A DNA stretch of 64,000 nt, taken from Polyangiales bacterium (lineage in GTDB: Bacteria > Myxococcota_A > Polyangia > Polyangiales > Polyangiaceae). Both the position numbers and the translations under genes were made by a program. The DNA lies in the NCBI GenBank assembly GCA_038231275.1, contig JBBRLQ010000017.1, positions 64,001 to 128,000 of the forward strand, in the 5' to 3' direction. The notes beneath the pieces are model-generated. The model saw nothing but the letters and a program-made list of their open reading frames with translations, made no database searches and had not been told where the DNA came from. Shown one piece after another: positions 37,548-47,346 of the stretch (position 1 is its first letter; each line of letters opens with the position of its first letter).

Positions 37548-40500
37548 ATGGCCGACCCGATCGAAGAGCTGTACACGCGGTGGAAGGAGAGCCCGAAGGA
37601 CGCCGCAGCGACGCTGGCGCTCTGCGACGCCCTTCGTGGATCGGGGCGTGATCCGATCATCCAACTCGTCGGGGAGGTCGCCATTCGCGATCAGCCGGAG
37701 AACATCGCCGTCCTGATCGCGACCGCGCGGATGTACATGGAGGCACAGCGCCTTCAGGACGCCCAGACGGTGCTCGTGTCCGCGGGCAAGATCGCGCCGC
37801 GCGACGGCGGCGTTTATCGATGGCTCGGAGAGGTTCTTCTCCGCCGCGGCGACGCCGACCGCGCGGAGAAGGTCTTCGAGCGCGCGATCCAGTTCGGTGC
37901 CACCGACACCGACACCAGGCTCTGGATCGAGCGCGCGAAGGTCTTCCGGCCGATGCAGGCCAAGTCGGGCAGCCGCGCCGTCGCCGCGGAGGTCGCAAAA
38001 TCCGCGGGGCTCGCGTCGAGCCTCCCGATCGCCAAGCTCTCCGGAGACGAGCCGGAGGAGGCGCGGACGAGCCAGTTCGCCGCGGGCAAGCCGCAGCCGC
38101 CGTCGAACCGCGTAAAAATGGGGAGCCTGAACGAGAACAGCGAGGTCTTCCTCTCGCCGGATCGGCCGCCCACGCCGTTCGAGCAGAAGACGGCGCAGGC
38201 GTTCGTTCCCTACGTGAAGGAGCAGATCGACACGAAGGACGGCGCCATCATCGGCGACGACGAGACCACGCTCGCGCGGCCGTCGCCGCTATCGATGCAG
38301 CGTCCGCTCGACATGACCGCGCCGCCGCCCAAGGCGCAGCCGCCCCCGATGAAGCTGCCGGGCGGCCGCCTCGCGCCGCCGGGGCCCGGTGGACGAGCGG
38401 GTGGAGCGGGTGGAGCGATGTCGGGCGGAGGCGCGGCGTCAGGACCCGCAGCGCCGCCGTTCGGCGTGCAGATCGTCACGGGGAACGCGCAGACGACGGG
38501 GTCGTCGCCGACGGCTCCTGCCTTCGCCTCGATGCAAGCGTCTTTGCCGCCGCTGCAGCCGTCGTCCTCGCGTCCGCCGCCGCCGCTGCGTCCGCCGGTC
38601 GATCTCGGTCCGGCCCTCCCGCCCTACGTGCCGCCGCCCAACGTTCCCACGACGGCGCCGACGGCGAGCCCGTTCTCGTATGGCGTCGACGCGTCGGTGC
38701 CGGTGAAGAAGCGCACACCCGATCCGCGCGACGTGCTCGACGCGCTCCAGCTCGCGGGGATCTTCGAGCCGGAAGGGGCGCAGGCGGCGGCGCCTGCGTG
38801 GGACCGCGGCGAAAAGAGGCCGAGGCGCCTGAAGAACACGATCTCCCTCGTCCTCATGACGTGCGCGCTCGCAGGCGGCGGATGGGGGATTTACCGGTAC
38901 ATCGGCGACAGCCGCGCGAAGCAGCACGATCTCGCCGAGCAGATCCTCGTGAAGGTCGAGGCCGATCTCCACGCCGCGCGACCTGGCGCGCTGGGCACGA
39001 CGGAGCAGCAGATCGGGCGCGCGTTCGATCTCGACTCACGCTCGCCGCGCGCGGCGGTGGACTGGCTGCACGAGCGCGCGCTGCTCGGGCTCATGAAGGG
39101 GGGCGCGGACGTCGCGTTCGAGGACGCGATCACCCGCGCGCGCGAGGTGAAGGTCCCGGAGGATCATGTCGCGTTCGCGCTGCTCGCGTCGTTCCTGTTC
39201 CAGGGGGACACGGCGGGCGCGGCGGCGCTGATGCCGAAATGGGACGGCCCGTCCGCGAACGATCCCTGGTACCAGCTTGTCGCCGGCGCGACGCTAGAGC
39301 GCGCGGGTGCGCCGCGGGCGGCCGAGCGGTACGCAGCCGCAGCGAAGCTGGATCCGCAGCTCCTCGTCGCGGAGGCGATGCTCGCGCGCGCAGTCGCGAT
39401 CGACGGCGACGCGCAGAAGGCGGGCGACCTCGCGCGCGCGTTCCGGCAGAAGTATCCCGATCGCGCCGAAGGCGTCGCGCTCGTGGCGTTGGCGTGGGGG
39501 CGTGACGCGTCGCGCGGGAGCGACGAGCCGACCGAGGTCGCCGATACCATCGCGCACGCCGCCGAGCTGCCCGCGTCGCTCGCGTTCGTGCCGCACGCCG
39601 TGCTCGCCCTACGGGCGATCGACAAGCACGCGCCCGCCGACGCGAAGGCCCACGTCGAGAAGGGGCTCGCGGTCGCCGACGGGCCGGGCGTCGCGTCGTG
39701 GCTCGGCTCGATCGCGATCGACAGCGGCGACGAGCAGCTCGCGCGCAAAGCGGCGCTCACAGCGGTCGGATTCTCCGCGCTGTACGCGCCGGCGCGGGTG
39801 CTCGCCGCGCGCGTGGCCCTCCTCGGCGATCGGCTCGACGAAGCGATGAAGGCGACCGAGGAGCTCGACGCCGCGTCTCCCGACGTCGCGGTCGTCCGCG
39901 CCGCCGTCGCCTACGAGAAGGTGGACGCCGACGGCCTCGAGCGCGCGTTCAAGGCGCTGCCCGACGACGTGCGGAAGCTGCCGTTCTTGGCGCCGCTCGG
40001 CTACTCGAACGACGTGCTCTTCGGCCGCCTCCAGCTCGCGCCGGAGAAGCTCGTCGGGATCTCGGACGACGAAGCGCCGTGGTCCGATCTGCTCGCGATG
40101 GACATGGCGCTCGACGCGGGCGATCTCGACTCCGCACAAAAAATCGCGGCGTCGTGGAAGGGCTCGGAGCGCCGCCCCCTCCGTGCCCTCCGCCTCGCGC
40201 GCCTCTCGCGTTACACCGCGCGCCTCGACGACGCCGACGCGCTGAGCGAGGTCGCGATCACGCAGGGAACCGTGACGGTCCGCAGTCTCGCCGAGCGCGT
40301 CTACGTGCTGGTCGCGCGCGGAAAGAGCAGCGAGGTCGGCCCGCTCCTCGCGAAGTACCCGCTCGTCCTCGGCCAAGCGCTGACGACGTGGCTCAACGCG
40401 TACGCGACGGCAGCGGGCGGAAAGGTGGACGATGCGCGCGGAAAGATCGCGCAGCTCGATCCGCTGCCGACGACGAGCCCCCTCCCCGTACGGACGATCT

Positions 40501-40667
40501 GCGCGATGGCGTTCGGCGCGACGCGCGACCGACGGCGCGGGGGCGAGTACGTGAAGACGATCCTCGGGCCGGGCCTCGGGAATCCCGATCTTGGGGCCGC
40601 AGCGATGGCGCTCGGCGGCCACAAGACCGAGAGGCCGGGGAAGCCGACGCTGTACCAAGGGCCGTAG
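37548..40667 (+). CDS. large TPR protein (N-terminal TPRs, Pro-rich linker, TM, C-terminal helical repeats)
   Basis: YRWLGEVLLRRGDADRAEKVFERA; long Pro/Gly-rich segment; TM ISLVLMTCALAGGGWGIY. Confidence 0.85.
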   Translation: MADPIEELYTRWKESPKDAAATLALCDALRGSGRDPIIQLVGEVAIRDQPENIAVLIATARMYMEAQRLQDAQTVLVSAGKIAPRDGGVYRWLGEVLLRRGDADRAEKVFERAIQFGATDTDTRLWIERAKVFRPMQAKSGSRAVAAEVAKSAGLASSLPIAKLSGDEPEEARTSQFAAGKPQPPSNRVKMGSLNENSEVFLSPDRPPTPFEQKTAQAFVPYVKEQIDTKDGAIIGDDETTLARPSPLSMQRPLDMTAPPPKAQPPPMKLPGGRLAPPGPGGRAGGAGGAMSGGGAASGPAAPPFGVQIVTGNAQTTGSSPTAPAFASMQASLPPLQPSSSRPPPPLRPPVDLGPALPPYVPPPNVPTTAPTASPFSYGVDASVPVKKRTPDPRDVLDALQLAGIFEPEGAQAAAPAWDRGEKRPRRLKNTISLVLMTCALAGGGWGIYRYIGDSRAKQHDLAEQILVKVEADLHAARPGALGTTEQQIGRAFDLDSRSPRAAVDWLHERALLGLMKGGADVAFEDAITRAREVKVPEDHVAFALLASFLFQGDTAGAAALMPKWDGPSANDPWYQLVAGATLERAGAPRAAERYAAAAKLDPQLLVAEAMLARAVAIDGDAQKAGDLARAFRQKYPDRAEGVALVALAWGRDASRGSDEPTEVADTIAHAAELPASLAFVPHAVLALRAIDKHAPADAKAHVEKGLAVADGPGVASWLGSIAIDSGDEQLARKAALTAVGFSALYAPARVLAARVALLGDRLDEAMKATEELDAASPDVAVVRAAVAYEKVDADGLERAFKALPDDVRKLPFLAPLGYSNDVLFGRLQLAPEKLVGISDDEAPWSDLLAMDMALDAGDLDSAQKIAASWKGSERRPLRALRLARLSRYTARLDDADALSEVAITQGTVTVRSLAERVYVLVARGKSSEVGPLLAKYPLVLGQALTTWLNAYATAAGGKVDDARGKIAQLDPLPTTSPLPVRTICAMAFGATRDRRRGGEYVKTILGPGLGNPDLGAAAMALGGHKTERPGKPTLYQGP

Positions 40668-40779
40668 CCGCATCGCGAGCAGGGTCTGAAATCCCACCGT
40701 CGTGGCGGCGATGTCGGTGATGTGCCACCGTGCGCCGTCGCCGCCGCGCGCGGGTCGGCGAATGCATTGGCAGACCGCG

Positions 40780-40795
40780 CGGCATGGCGGTTGCG
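40780..40795 (+). promoter_or_regulatory. sigma54 -24/-12 promoter candidate
   Basis: CGGCATGGCGGTTGCG, GG(40781-2)-N10-GC(40793-4). Confidence 0.55.
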
Positions 40796-40806
40796 TTGGG
40801 CGCTGC

Positions 40807-41181
40807 ATGCGCTTTCGTTGGCTTTGGGTCGCGTCGTTCGTCTTCCTCCTCGTCGCGGCGTGCAATGGGGGAGACGGATCGCAGTGCTCGGGGTCGAGGC
40901 CGGTGTGCCCGAGGTCCTGCCCGACGCCTCACACCGAGGGCGCGTATTGCGCCGCCGGGCTGTGGCAGTGCGATCACGACGACCCCGTCAAAGTTTGTCT
41001 CGGCTGCGCGGGCGCCTTGGTGGCCACGCTGCACGCGTGCGACGTCTCGCGGGAATGCCCCGTCCACTCGTGCGCCAAAGACGACGCGAGCTGCCTCGAC
41101 GCCCTCTGCGGCAAGGGGACCGTCGACGGCGGGCACGACGACGCCGGGCGTAGCGACGCGGGAGACGCGGCACCGGAGTGA
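40807..41181 (+). CDS. small Cys-rich lipoprotein
   Basis: MRFR-hydrophobic-VAAC lipobox; about 12 further Cys; DAG-rich tail. Confidence 0.75.
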   Translation: MRFRWLWVASFVFLLVAACNGGDGSQCSGSRPVCPRSCPTPHTEGAYCAAGLWQCDHDDPVKVCLGCAGALVATLHACDVSRECPVHSCAKDDASCLDALCGKGTVDGGHDDAGRSDAGDAAPE

Positions 41182-41351
41182 TCCCGCCGAGACGGGCGTT
41201 CAGAAGACCGCGCCGACCGCGAGCTCGGTGAAGCCGGGGCCCGAGGGGATGGTCACGAGCTCCACGCGAGCGAGTGCGCGGCGTTCAAGGGCAGCGTAGC
41301 CGGTGCGTTCACGCGCGGGCATCGCCGTAGTGTGCCGAATTGTTTCTCCGC

Positions 41352-41906
41352 TCAGCGCCGTCGACCGCCCGGGGGCGGGGGCCGGTTGAGGGAGCCTCCG
41401 CGCCCCGTCGGCGGATCGGCCGGCCAGAACGGCTCGAGCACGAGGACGAGATCGCTCTTCGGCTGCACGTCCGGTACGCGCCCCGCTTCTCCGAACGCGA
41501 GGCGCCACGGCACGAACACGCGCCGCTTTCCGCCTGCCCGCATTCCGACGAGGCCGCGCTCGAACCCGCAGATCGTCCGCGTGCTGCCCAGCACGATCTC
41601 GACCGGCGGGCCTCCCGCGCGCGTGTCGTGGAGGGGCGCGCCGGCGGACGACGACGCCACGTAGTGCACGCGCACCGTGTCGCCCGGTCCAATCTCCCGC
41701 CCGATCCCCTCCGCGAGCTCTTCGAACCGAAGCCCGGCGTCGGTCTGCCCCACCGGCGCGCAAGGCTCCGCCTCGAGCCACGGATCGTCGGTGCGCGCGT
41801 CAGCCGCCTGCGTCGTCGCAGGAAATCCCGGCCCACCACACGCAAAGGCGCCAACGGCCAGCGCCACGAGCGCCGCGCGCGCGCCCGACGCCGAGGCCAC
41901 GCGCAT
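41352..41906 (-). CDS. FKBP-type peptidyl-prolyl isomerase lipoprotein
   Basis: ATG overlaps the pilT stop; lipobox AFAC; GDTVRVHY, GFERGLVGMRAGGKR, VPWRLAFG. Confidence 0.85.
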   Translation of the reverse strand: MRVASASGARAALVALAVGAFACGGPGFPATTQAADARTDDPWLEAEPCAPVGQTDAGLRFEELAEGIGREIGPGDTVRVHYVASSSAGAPLHDTRAGGPPVEIVLGSTRTICGFERGLVGMRAGGKRRVFVPWRLAFGEAGRVPDVQPKSDLVLVLEPFWPADPPTGRGGSLNRPPPPGGRRR

Positions 41907-43045
41907 CAACGCGGCCCGCTCGGCGCGGTTCCTCGCTCCTTCGACGCCATCGGCACGATCGAGCGCTGCTCGACCATCATCCGCAGCTCCTCGGGCTCGA
42001 TCGAGCGCCCCAGCCCCTCCTCCAGGGTGATCAGCCGCCGCGAATACAGCGTATAGAGCGCTTGGTTGAGCGTCTGCATGCCGTGCTTGTCCTGGCCCAT
42101 CTGCATCTGCGAGTAGAGCTGGTGGACCTTGCCTTCGCGGATCAGGTTGCGAATGGCCGCGTTCGGCACGAGCACCTCGAGCGCGAGCGCGCGTCCCGGT
42201 CCGCCGGCGCGCGGCAAGAGTTGCTGCGTGATGACGCCCTGGAGGACGAACGAGAGCTTCGCGCGGATCTGCTCCTGCTGGTGCGGCGGGAACGAGTCGA
42301 TGATGCGGTTGATCGTCGAGATGGCGCTGTTGGTGTGCAGCGTCGCGAAGACGAGGTGACCGGTCTCGCTGATCGTCAGCGCCGCTTCCATCGTCTCGAT
42401 GTCGCGCATTTCTCCGATGAGCACGACGTCGGGATCCTGACGCAGGACGTACTTGAGCGCGCCCTTGAACGTCGACGTGTCCGTGCCGATCTCGCGCTGG
42501 TTCACGACGCACAGCTTGTGCGGGTGCAAGTACTCGATCGGATCCTCGATCGTCATGATGTGGCAGCGCTGCTCGCTGTTGATCTTGTCGATCATGGACG
42601 CGAGCGTCGTGCTCTTGCCGCTGCCGGTCGGTCCGGTCACGAGGACGAGGCCGTTGGGCTTGGTGCACAATTCGGCGCAAATCGGCGGCAATCCAAGCTC
42701 GTCGAAGCTCAAGATCTTGAACGGGATCGTACGAAACGCGCCCGCGACGGCGCCGCGCTGCATGTAGATGTTCGCGCGGAAACGCGACAGGTTCTTCACG
42801 CCGAAGGACAGATCGAGCTCGTTGGTCTTTTCGAATTCGATCTTCTGGTCTTCGGTGAGGATCGAGTAGCAGAGCTGCTTGCTGTCCACCGGCGAGAGCG
42901 GCGGCAGCTTGAGCGGCACGATGTCGCCGTCGATGCGGAGGAGCGGCGGCGTGCCGGTCGTGATGTGCATGTCGCTCGCACCCTTCTCGATCATCGCTTT
43001 GAGAAGCTGGTGCAGATTGACTTGGAGGCCGGCCGGCTGGGTCAT
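41906..43045 (-). CDS. pilT: type IV pilus retraction ATPase
   Basis: ASDMHI; GPTGSGKSTT; TIEDPIE; LRQDPDVVLIGEMRD; TLHT; AIRNLIRE; GMQT; start ATG 43045. Confidence 0.97.
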   Translation of the reverse strand: MTQPAGLQVNLHQLLKAMIEKGASDMHITTGTPPLLRIDGDIVPLKLPPLSPVDSKQLCYSILTEDQKIEFEKTNELDLSFGVKNLSRFRANIYMQRGAVAGAFRTIPFKILSFDELGLPPICAELCTKPNGLVLVTGPTGSGKSTTLASMIDKINSEQRCHIMTIEDPIEYLHPHKLCVVNQREIGTDTSTFKGALKYVLRQDPDVVLIGEMRDIETMEAALTISETGHLVFATLHTNSAISTINRIIDSFPPHQQEQIRAKLSFVLQGVITQQLLPRAGGPGRALALEVLVPNAAIRNLIREGKVHQLYSQMQMGQDKHGMQTLNQALYTLYSRRLITLEEGLGRSIEPEELRMMVEQRSIVPMASKERGTAPSGPR

Positions 43046-43065
43046 GTTTCTTTCTCTTGCTTCAC

Positions 43066-44769
43066 TCAATCCGCCATCGTGACGCGGAGGATCTCCTCCG
43101 TCGTCGTCATGCCGTCCAGCACCTTCTGGATGCCGCTCTGACGCAGCGTCAGCATGCCGCTGCGGATCGCGCCGGCCTTGAGCTCGGCGGTGCTCGAGCC
43201 CTGGAGGACCATCTCCTTGAGGCCGTCGGTGAACTTCATGACCTCGTAGAGGGCGATGCGGCCCTTGTAGCCGGTGCCGTTGCACGTGCGGCAACCGACG
43301 CCCTTCATGAGCTTCGCCTTGTTGATCTGCTCCTGCGAGAAGCCGAGCTCTGCCAGGACCTGCTTCTCGAGCGCAGGCATCGCCTGCTTGCAGTCGACGC
43401 AGATCTTTCGCGCGAGACGCTGGGCGAGGACGAGGTTGACCGACGCCGTGATGAGGAACGGCTCGACGCCCATGTTGAGGAGGCGCGAGATCGTCGCCGG
43501 CGCGTCGTTGGTGTGGAGCGTCGAGAGGACCAAGTGGCCGGTGAGCGCGGCTTTGACCGCGATTTCCGCCGTCTCGAAGTCTCGAATCTCGCCGACCATG
43601 AGGATGTCGGGGTCCTGCCGGAGGAAGGCGCGCAGGGCCATCGCGAAGTTGAGGCCGATCTCGTCGTGCATCTGCACTTGGTTGATGCCGTGGAGGTTGT
43701 ACTCGACGGGATCTTCCGCGGTGCTGATGTTGTGGGCGGTCTTGTTCAGCTCCTGGAGGGCCGAATAGAGCGTGGTCGTCTTGCCCGATCCGGTCGGGCC
43801 GGTGACGAGCACCATTCCCCACGGCTGGTGGATCGCCCAAAGAAAATCGTCGAGCGGCTTCTGATCGAAGCCGAGCTTCGTCATGTCGAGCTGCAGGTTC
43901 CCCTTGTCGAGGAGCCGCATGACGATCTTCTCGCCCCAGAGCGTCGGGAGCACGCTCACGCGGAAGTCCATCTCTCGACCTTTGCCGAGCTTCAGCTTGA
44001 TGCGTCCGTCTTGCGGGAGGCGCCGCTCGGCGATGTCGAGCTGGCTCATGATCTTCACGCGGCTCGCGATCGCGTTCTTCAGCTTGAGCGGCGGCTGCAT
44101 CTCCTCGAGGAGCACGCCGTCGATGCGGTAGCGGACCCTGAGCTTCTTTTCGTACGGCTCGATGTGGATGTCGCTCGCGCCCTTCTTGATGGCGTTGAGC
44201 AGGATCATGTTCACGAGGCGAATGACCGGTGCGTCCTCGCTCTGCTTCTCGAGCTCGAGGAGGTTCATCTCCTCTTCTTCGCCCGTGAACTCGATCTCCG
44301 ACTCTTCGAAGCCGGCCATGACCTCCTCGTAGGAGGGGCCGGCGTTGTAGTACTTCTCGACGTTCGCGAGGATGGCGCCCTCGCTCGCGATCACCGGCTC
44401 GATGTTGTAGCCGGTGAGGAACTTGAGATCGTCGATGGCGTTCAGGTTCGTCGGATCGGCCATCGCGACAATGAGCGAGCTGCCGGCGCGGCTGACCGGG
44501 ATGACCTTGTGCTTCTCGCACTGCTCCTTCGAGACCAGCTTCAGGATGTCCGCGTCGATCTCGTACTCTTCGAGGTTGACCGTCGGGACGCGGTACTGCT
44601 GGCTGAGGAAATTGGTGATTTCGTTGTCGCTGATGTACCCGAGCTTCGCGAGCGTGTAGCCCAGGTTCTGTCCGGAGCGCTGCTGCTCGTCCTGCGCGGC
44701 GCGGAGCTGCGCGAGGCTGATCAGCTTCTCGCGGACGAGCAGCTCACCAAGTCGGTTCGAATTGGCCAT
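43066..44769 (-). CDS. pilB: type IV pilus assembly ATPase
   Basis: N-terminal RLGELLV; ASDIHIEP; ERRLPQDGR; GPTGSGKTTT; LRQDPD; CVDC..CRTC zinc motif; GYKGR. Confidence 0.97.
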   Translation of the reverse strand: MANSNRLGELLVREKLISLAQLRAAQDEQQRSGQNLGYTLAKLGYISDNEITNFLSQQYRVPTVNLEEYEIDADILKLVSKEQCEKHKVIPVSRAGSSLIVAMADPTNLNAIDDLKFLTGYNIEPVIASEGAILANVEKYYNAGPSYEEVMAGFEESEIEFTGEEEEMNLLELEKQSEDAPVIRLVNMILLNAIKKGASDIHIEPYEKKLRVRYRIDGVLLEEMQPPLKLKNAIASRVKIMSQLDIAERRLPQDGRIKLKLGKGREMDFRVSVLPTLWGEKIVMRLLDKGNLQLDMTKLGFDQKPLDDFLWAIHQPWGMVLVTGPTGSGKTTTLYSALQELNKTAHNISTAEDPVEYNLHGINQVQMHDEIGLNFAMALRAFLRQDPDILMVGEIRDFETAEIAVKAALTGHLVLSTLHTNDAPATISRLLNMGVEPFLITASVNLVLAQRLARKICVDCKQAMPALEKQVLAELGFSQEQINKAKLMKGVGCRTCNGTGYKGRIALYEVMKFTDGLKEMVLQGSSTAELKAGAIRSGMLTLRQSGIQKVLDGMTTTEEILRVTMAD

Positions 44770-44911
44770 CGGTCCTTTGGTCTTCGGGTTCCGCCGGGAG
44801 GTGCCGGTCGCGTGGCTCAGCGTACGCCGTTACGGGCGGTACGGCGTTAAGGGTCGAGTATCACGCGTGGTCCGTCAAGCATTGCCGACGAATCGCCTAT
44901 GGTATGCAAAC

Positions 44912-46090
44912 GTGGTGTTCGAACGGCTCTTGAAGTCGCTCCGCGGCAAGGGGCGCGTTGCCGCGGCGGCAAAGAAGGCGGAGCTGCGAGGGGACCTGCC
45001 CAAGGCTGTAGAGCTCTTCGCCCTGGCCGAGGAGCCGGGTGAGGCGGCGCGCGTCATGCTCATGCGCGGGGACGCGGAGACCGAGCCGCGCGTTCGGCTC
45101 CAGCACTACATCCAGGCCGCCACGACGGCGCCGGAGGAGCACGCGGCCCGTCGCGAGGCGCGCTTGAAGCGGGCGGAGCTGGTCATCTTGATGGCGGGCG
45201 AGGCGGCGATCAGCGCGGTCGCTCGTAAGGACGTGCTCGGCGCGGCGGCGGATCTCGAGGCGATCGGTGAAGAGGAGAAGGCGGCGCGCGCGTACGCGAT
45301 CGCTGGCGACATCGAGGGAGAGGCGCGCGCGCTCGTCGGCGCCGGGGACGTCGAGGGGCTCGAGGATTTGCTCACCGCGGAGCAAACCAAGGCGCGCGAC
45401 GACCGGAAGCGGAAGGACGCGAGCGCCGACGTCGAGCTCCTCGTCGCGTGCGGGCGGAGGCGCGAGGCGCTTTCGGCGGTGGAGGATCAGGCGCGGCTGC
45501 GGGCCGACGATTTGCAAGTGCGCGAGCGCGCGCACGAGCTGCGGGGGAGGCGCGCGGAGGGGCCGCTGGCGCGCGTGAACGTGCGCGATCGGCTGCTGTC
45601 GCTCGTGCTCGGCGACGAGATCGTGATCGGGCGCACGGACGGTGCGCTTCGCGTGCCGTCGAACGCCGTGAGCCGCAAGCACGTACGCATCGCGCGCGGC
45701 GCGGCCGGTGTCTTCGTCGAAGATCTGGGGAGCCGCAACGGAACGCAGCTCCACGGGATGGAGATCGCCGGAAAAATGCCGATGGGCGACGGCCTCGAGC
45801 TGAAGCTCGGCAAAGAGGTGGCGCTGCGCGTCGCGCCGAGCGCCGAGATGGAAGGCGCGATCGCGATCGATCTGGCGGGCAGCGCGTGGATCGCGCCGCT
45901 CGGCGCGGCGAAGCTCGGCGTCGGCGATTGGCGGCTCGAGCTGGCGACCGACGGCTGGGTCGAGCTCGTCTTCGGCACCCCGGAGGCCTTCGTGCGCGAC
46001 GTCGCGTTGGTCGCCCGCACGACGCTCCTCACGGGCGATGCGATCGGCGAGACGCGCGGCGGCCCTGCGGTCCTGCGCGTTCTCGGGTAG
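44912..46090 (+). CDS. helical-repeat plus FHA-domain protein
   Basis: FHA motifs IGR..VSRKH..DLGSRNGT; N-terminal helical repeats; start moved to GTG 44912 (44915 alternative). Confidence 0.85.
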   Translation: MVFERLLKSLRGKGRVAAAAKKAELRGDLPKAVELFALAEEPGEAARVMLMRGDAETEPRVRLQHYIQAATTAPEEHAARREARLKRAELVILMAGEAAISAVARKDVLGAAADLEAIGEEEKAARAYAIAGDIEGEARALVGAGDVEGLEDLLTAEQTKARDDRKRKDASADVELLVACGRRREALSAVEDQARLRADDLQVRERAHELRGRRAEGPLARVNVRDRLLSLVLGDEIVIGRTDGALRVPSNAVSRKHVRIARGAAGVFVEDLGSRNGTQLHGMEIAGKMPMGDGLELKLGKEVALRVAPSAEMEGAIAIDLAGSAWIAPLGAAKLGVGDWRLELATDGWVELVFGTPEAFVRDVALVARTTLLTGDAIGETRGGPAVLRVLG

Positions 46091-46110
46091 TGAGGCGAGG
46101 GAGCTCCCCG

Positions 46111-47292
46111 CTACCAGCCAGGCGGAAGTCGCCCGGCGGCCGTGCCCGACGGCGCGTCGAAGAAGGCGCTGAGCGCGAGATCGACCGCCTTGCTCGAGGG
46201 CGAGAGCCGGAAATAGTGCCGGTGCTTCGGATCGAGCTGGCACGGCGAGTCGCCGGCCGTCGCGCCGAGGTTGGCGAGGCAACCCCACGGCGCGTCGCCT
46301 TGGTACATCACATCGTCGACGTCGACCGGCGGCTCCGCGACGATTCCGAGCGCGTGCAGCGTCTCTCGCATCGTCGTGTACTCGACCTGACCGAGCGCCT
46401 TTCCGTCGGCCGAGAACGCGTTCGCGCGGCAATCCGGCGGGTGCGCGCGCGCCTGGAGGACCTCGCCCTTCTTGTGGCCCTCTTTGAGCGGCGTGCCGAG
46501 CGTCGCGGTGCCGCCGATCAGCGACGTGACGCGAACGTTCTCGCCCACCAGCGTCGCGTCGAAGGGCGCGGCGGGGAAGCCGACCTCGGCCGCCGCGGCG
46601 AGCCCGACTTGCGTGGCGCCGCCCGCAGCATCCGAGGCGAGCGACGTCGCCGCGAGGAGCCCGCCGACGTAGAGCGCCGTCATGTGGCCGCGCTGCGCCG
46701 GCGGAAGGGGCGCGCCTCCGCAGCTCCCGAACGCGCGGCCGTCGTAATAGACGAGGTAGAGCTTGTGCGGATCTTTGAACACCGACGACAGCTCCGCCTC
46801 CAGACGATCGCGGAGCATGCGCGGTCCCGCCGGCTCGCGCGCGGTGCCGTCGGCCATCGCGGACTCGAGGAGCTCGGAGCGGAGCTTCACGTACGTGACG
46901 TCGATGACGCCGCCGCAGGTGTCGACGCGGAGCTTGGGCCCGCTCGTGCGCGCCGCGAGCCAGCCGTTCCACGCCGTGACCGAGCGCCGGATCGATCCGT
47001 CGGTGTCGAGCTCGCGCGTCGCCGTGCGATCGTTTGGTTCGACGTAGAGGACGTGGAGCTGGTACGCGCTCCCGTGATCGTCAGGAAGATCGGCGGTGCT
47101 GCGCTTCCGCCGGTACATGTCCTCGGGAGACGCGCCGTCGACCGCCTCGCTGCATCCCTCCTTGATGACGCGCACCGTCGTCTTGTCCTCCGGCCGCAGC
47201 GGCCCCGTCGGCGGCGCGACCGGCCGCTCGCACGCGAACGCGACGAGGGCCAAGGGCAAGGCCACCGCGAACCAGTGCGAGCGCGCGATCAT
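46111..47292 (-). CDS. lipoprotein with zincin-like domain (degenerate HExxH)
   Basis: Start ATG 47292; lipobox AFAC; KLYLVYYDG, CGGA, RETLHALG, DDVMY. Confidence 0.75.
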   Translation of the reverse strand: MIARSHWFAVALPLALVAFACERPVAPPTGPLRPEDKTTVRVIKEGCSEAVDGASPEDMYRRKRSTADLPDDHGSAYQLHVLYVEPNDRTATRELDTDGSIRRSVTAWNGWLAARTSGPKLRVDTCGGVIDVTYVKLRSELLESAMADGTAREPAGPRMLRDRLEAELSSVFKDPHKLYLVYYDGRAFGSCGGAPLPPAQRGHMTALYVGGLLAATSLASDAAGGATQVGLAAAAEVGFPAAPFDATLVGENVRVTSLIGGTATLGTPLKEGHKKGEVLQARAHPPDCRANAFSADGKALGQVEYTTMRETLHALGIVAEPPVDVDDVMYQGDAPWGCLANLGATAGDSPCQLDPKHRHYFRLSPSSKAVDLALSAFFDAPSGTAAGRLPPGW

Positions 47293-47346
47293 GGCGACAT
47301 GGTAGGTCCCTCGGCGCGGCGCGGACAAGCTATGGTCGGGAGAGCG

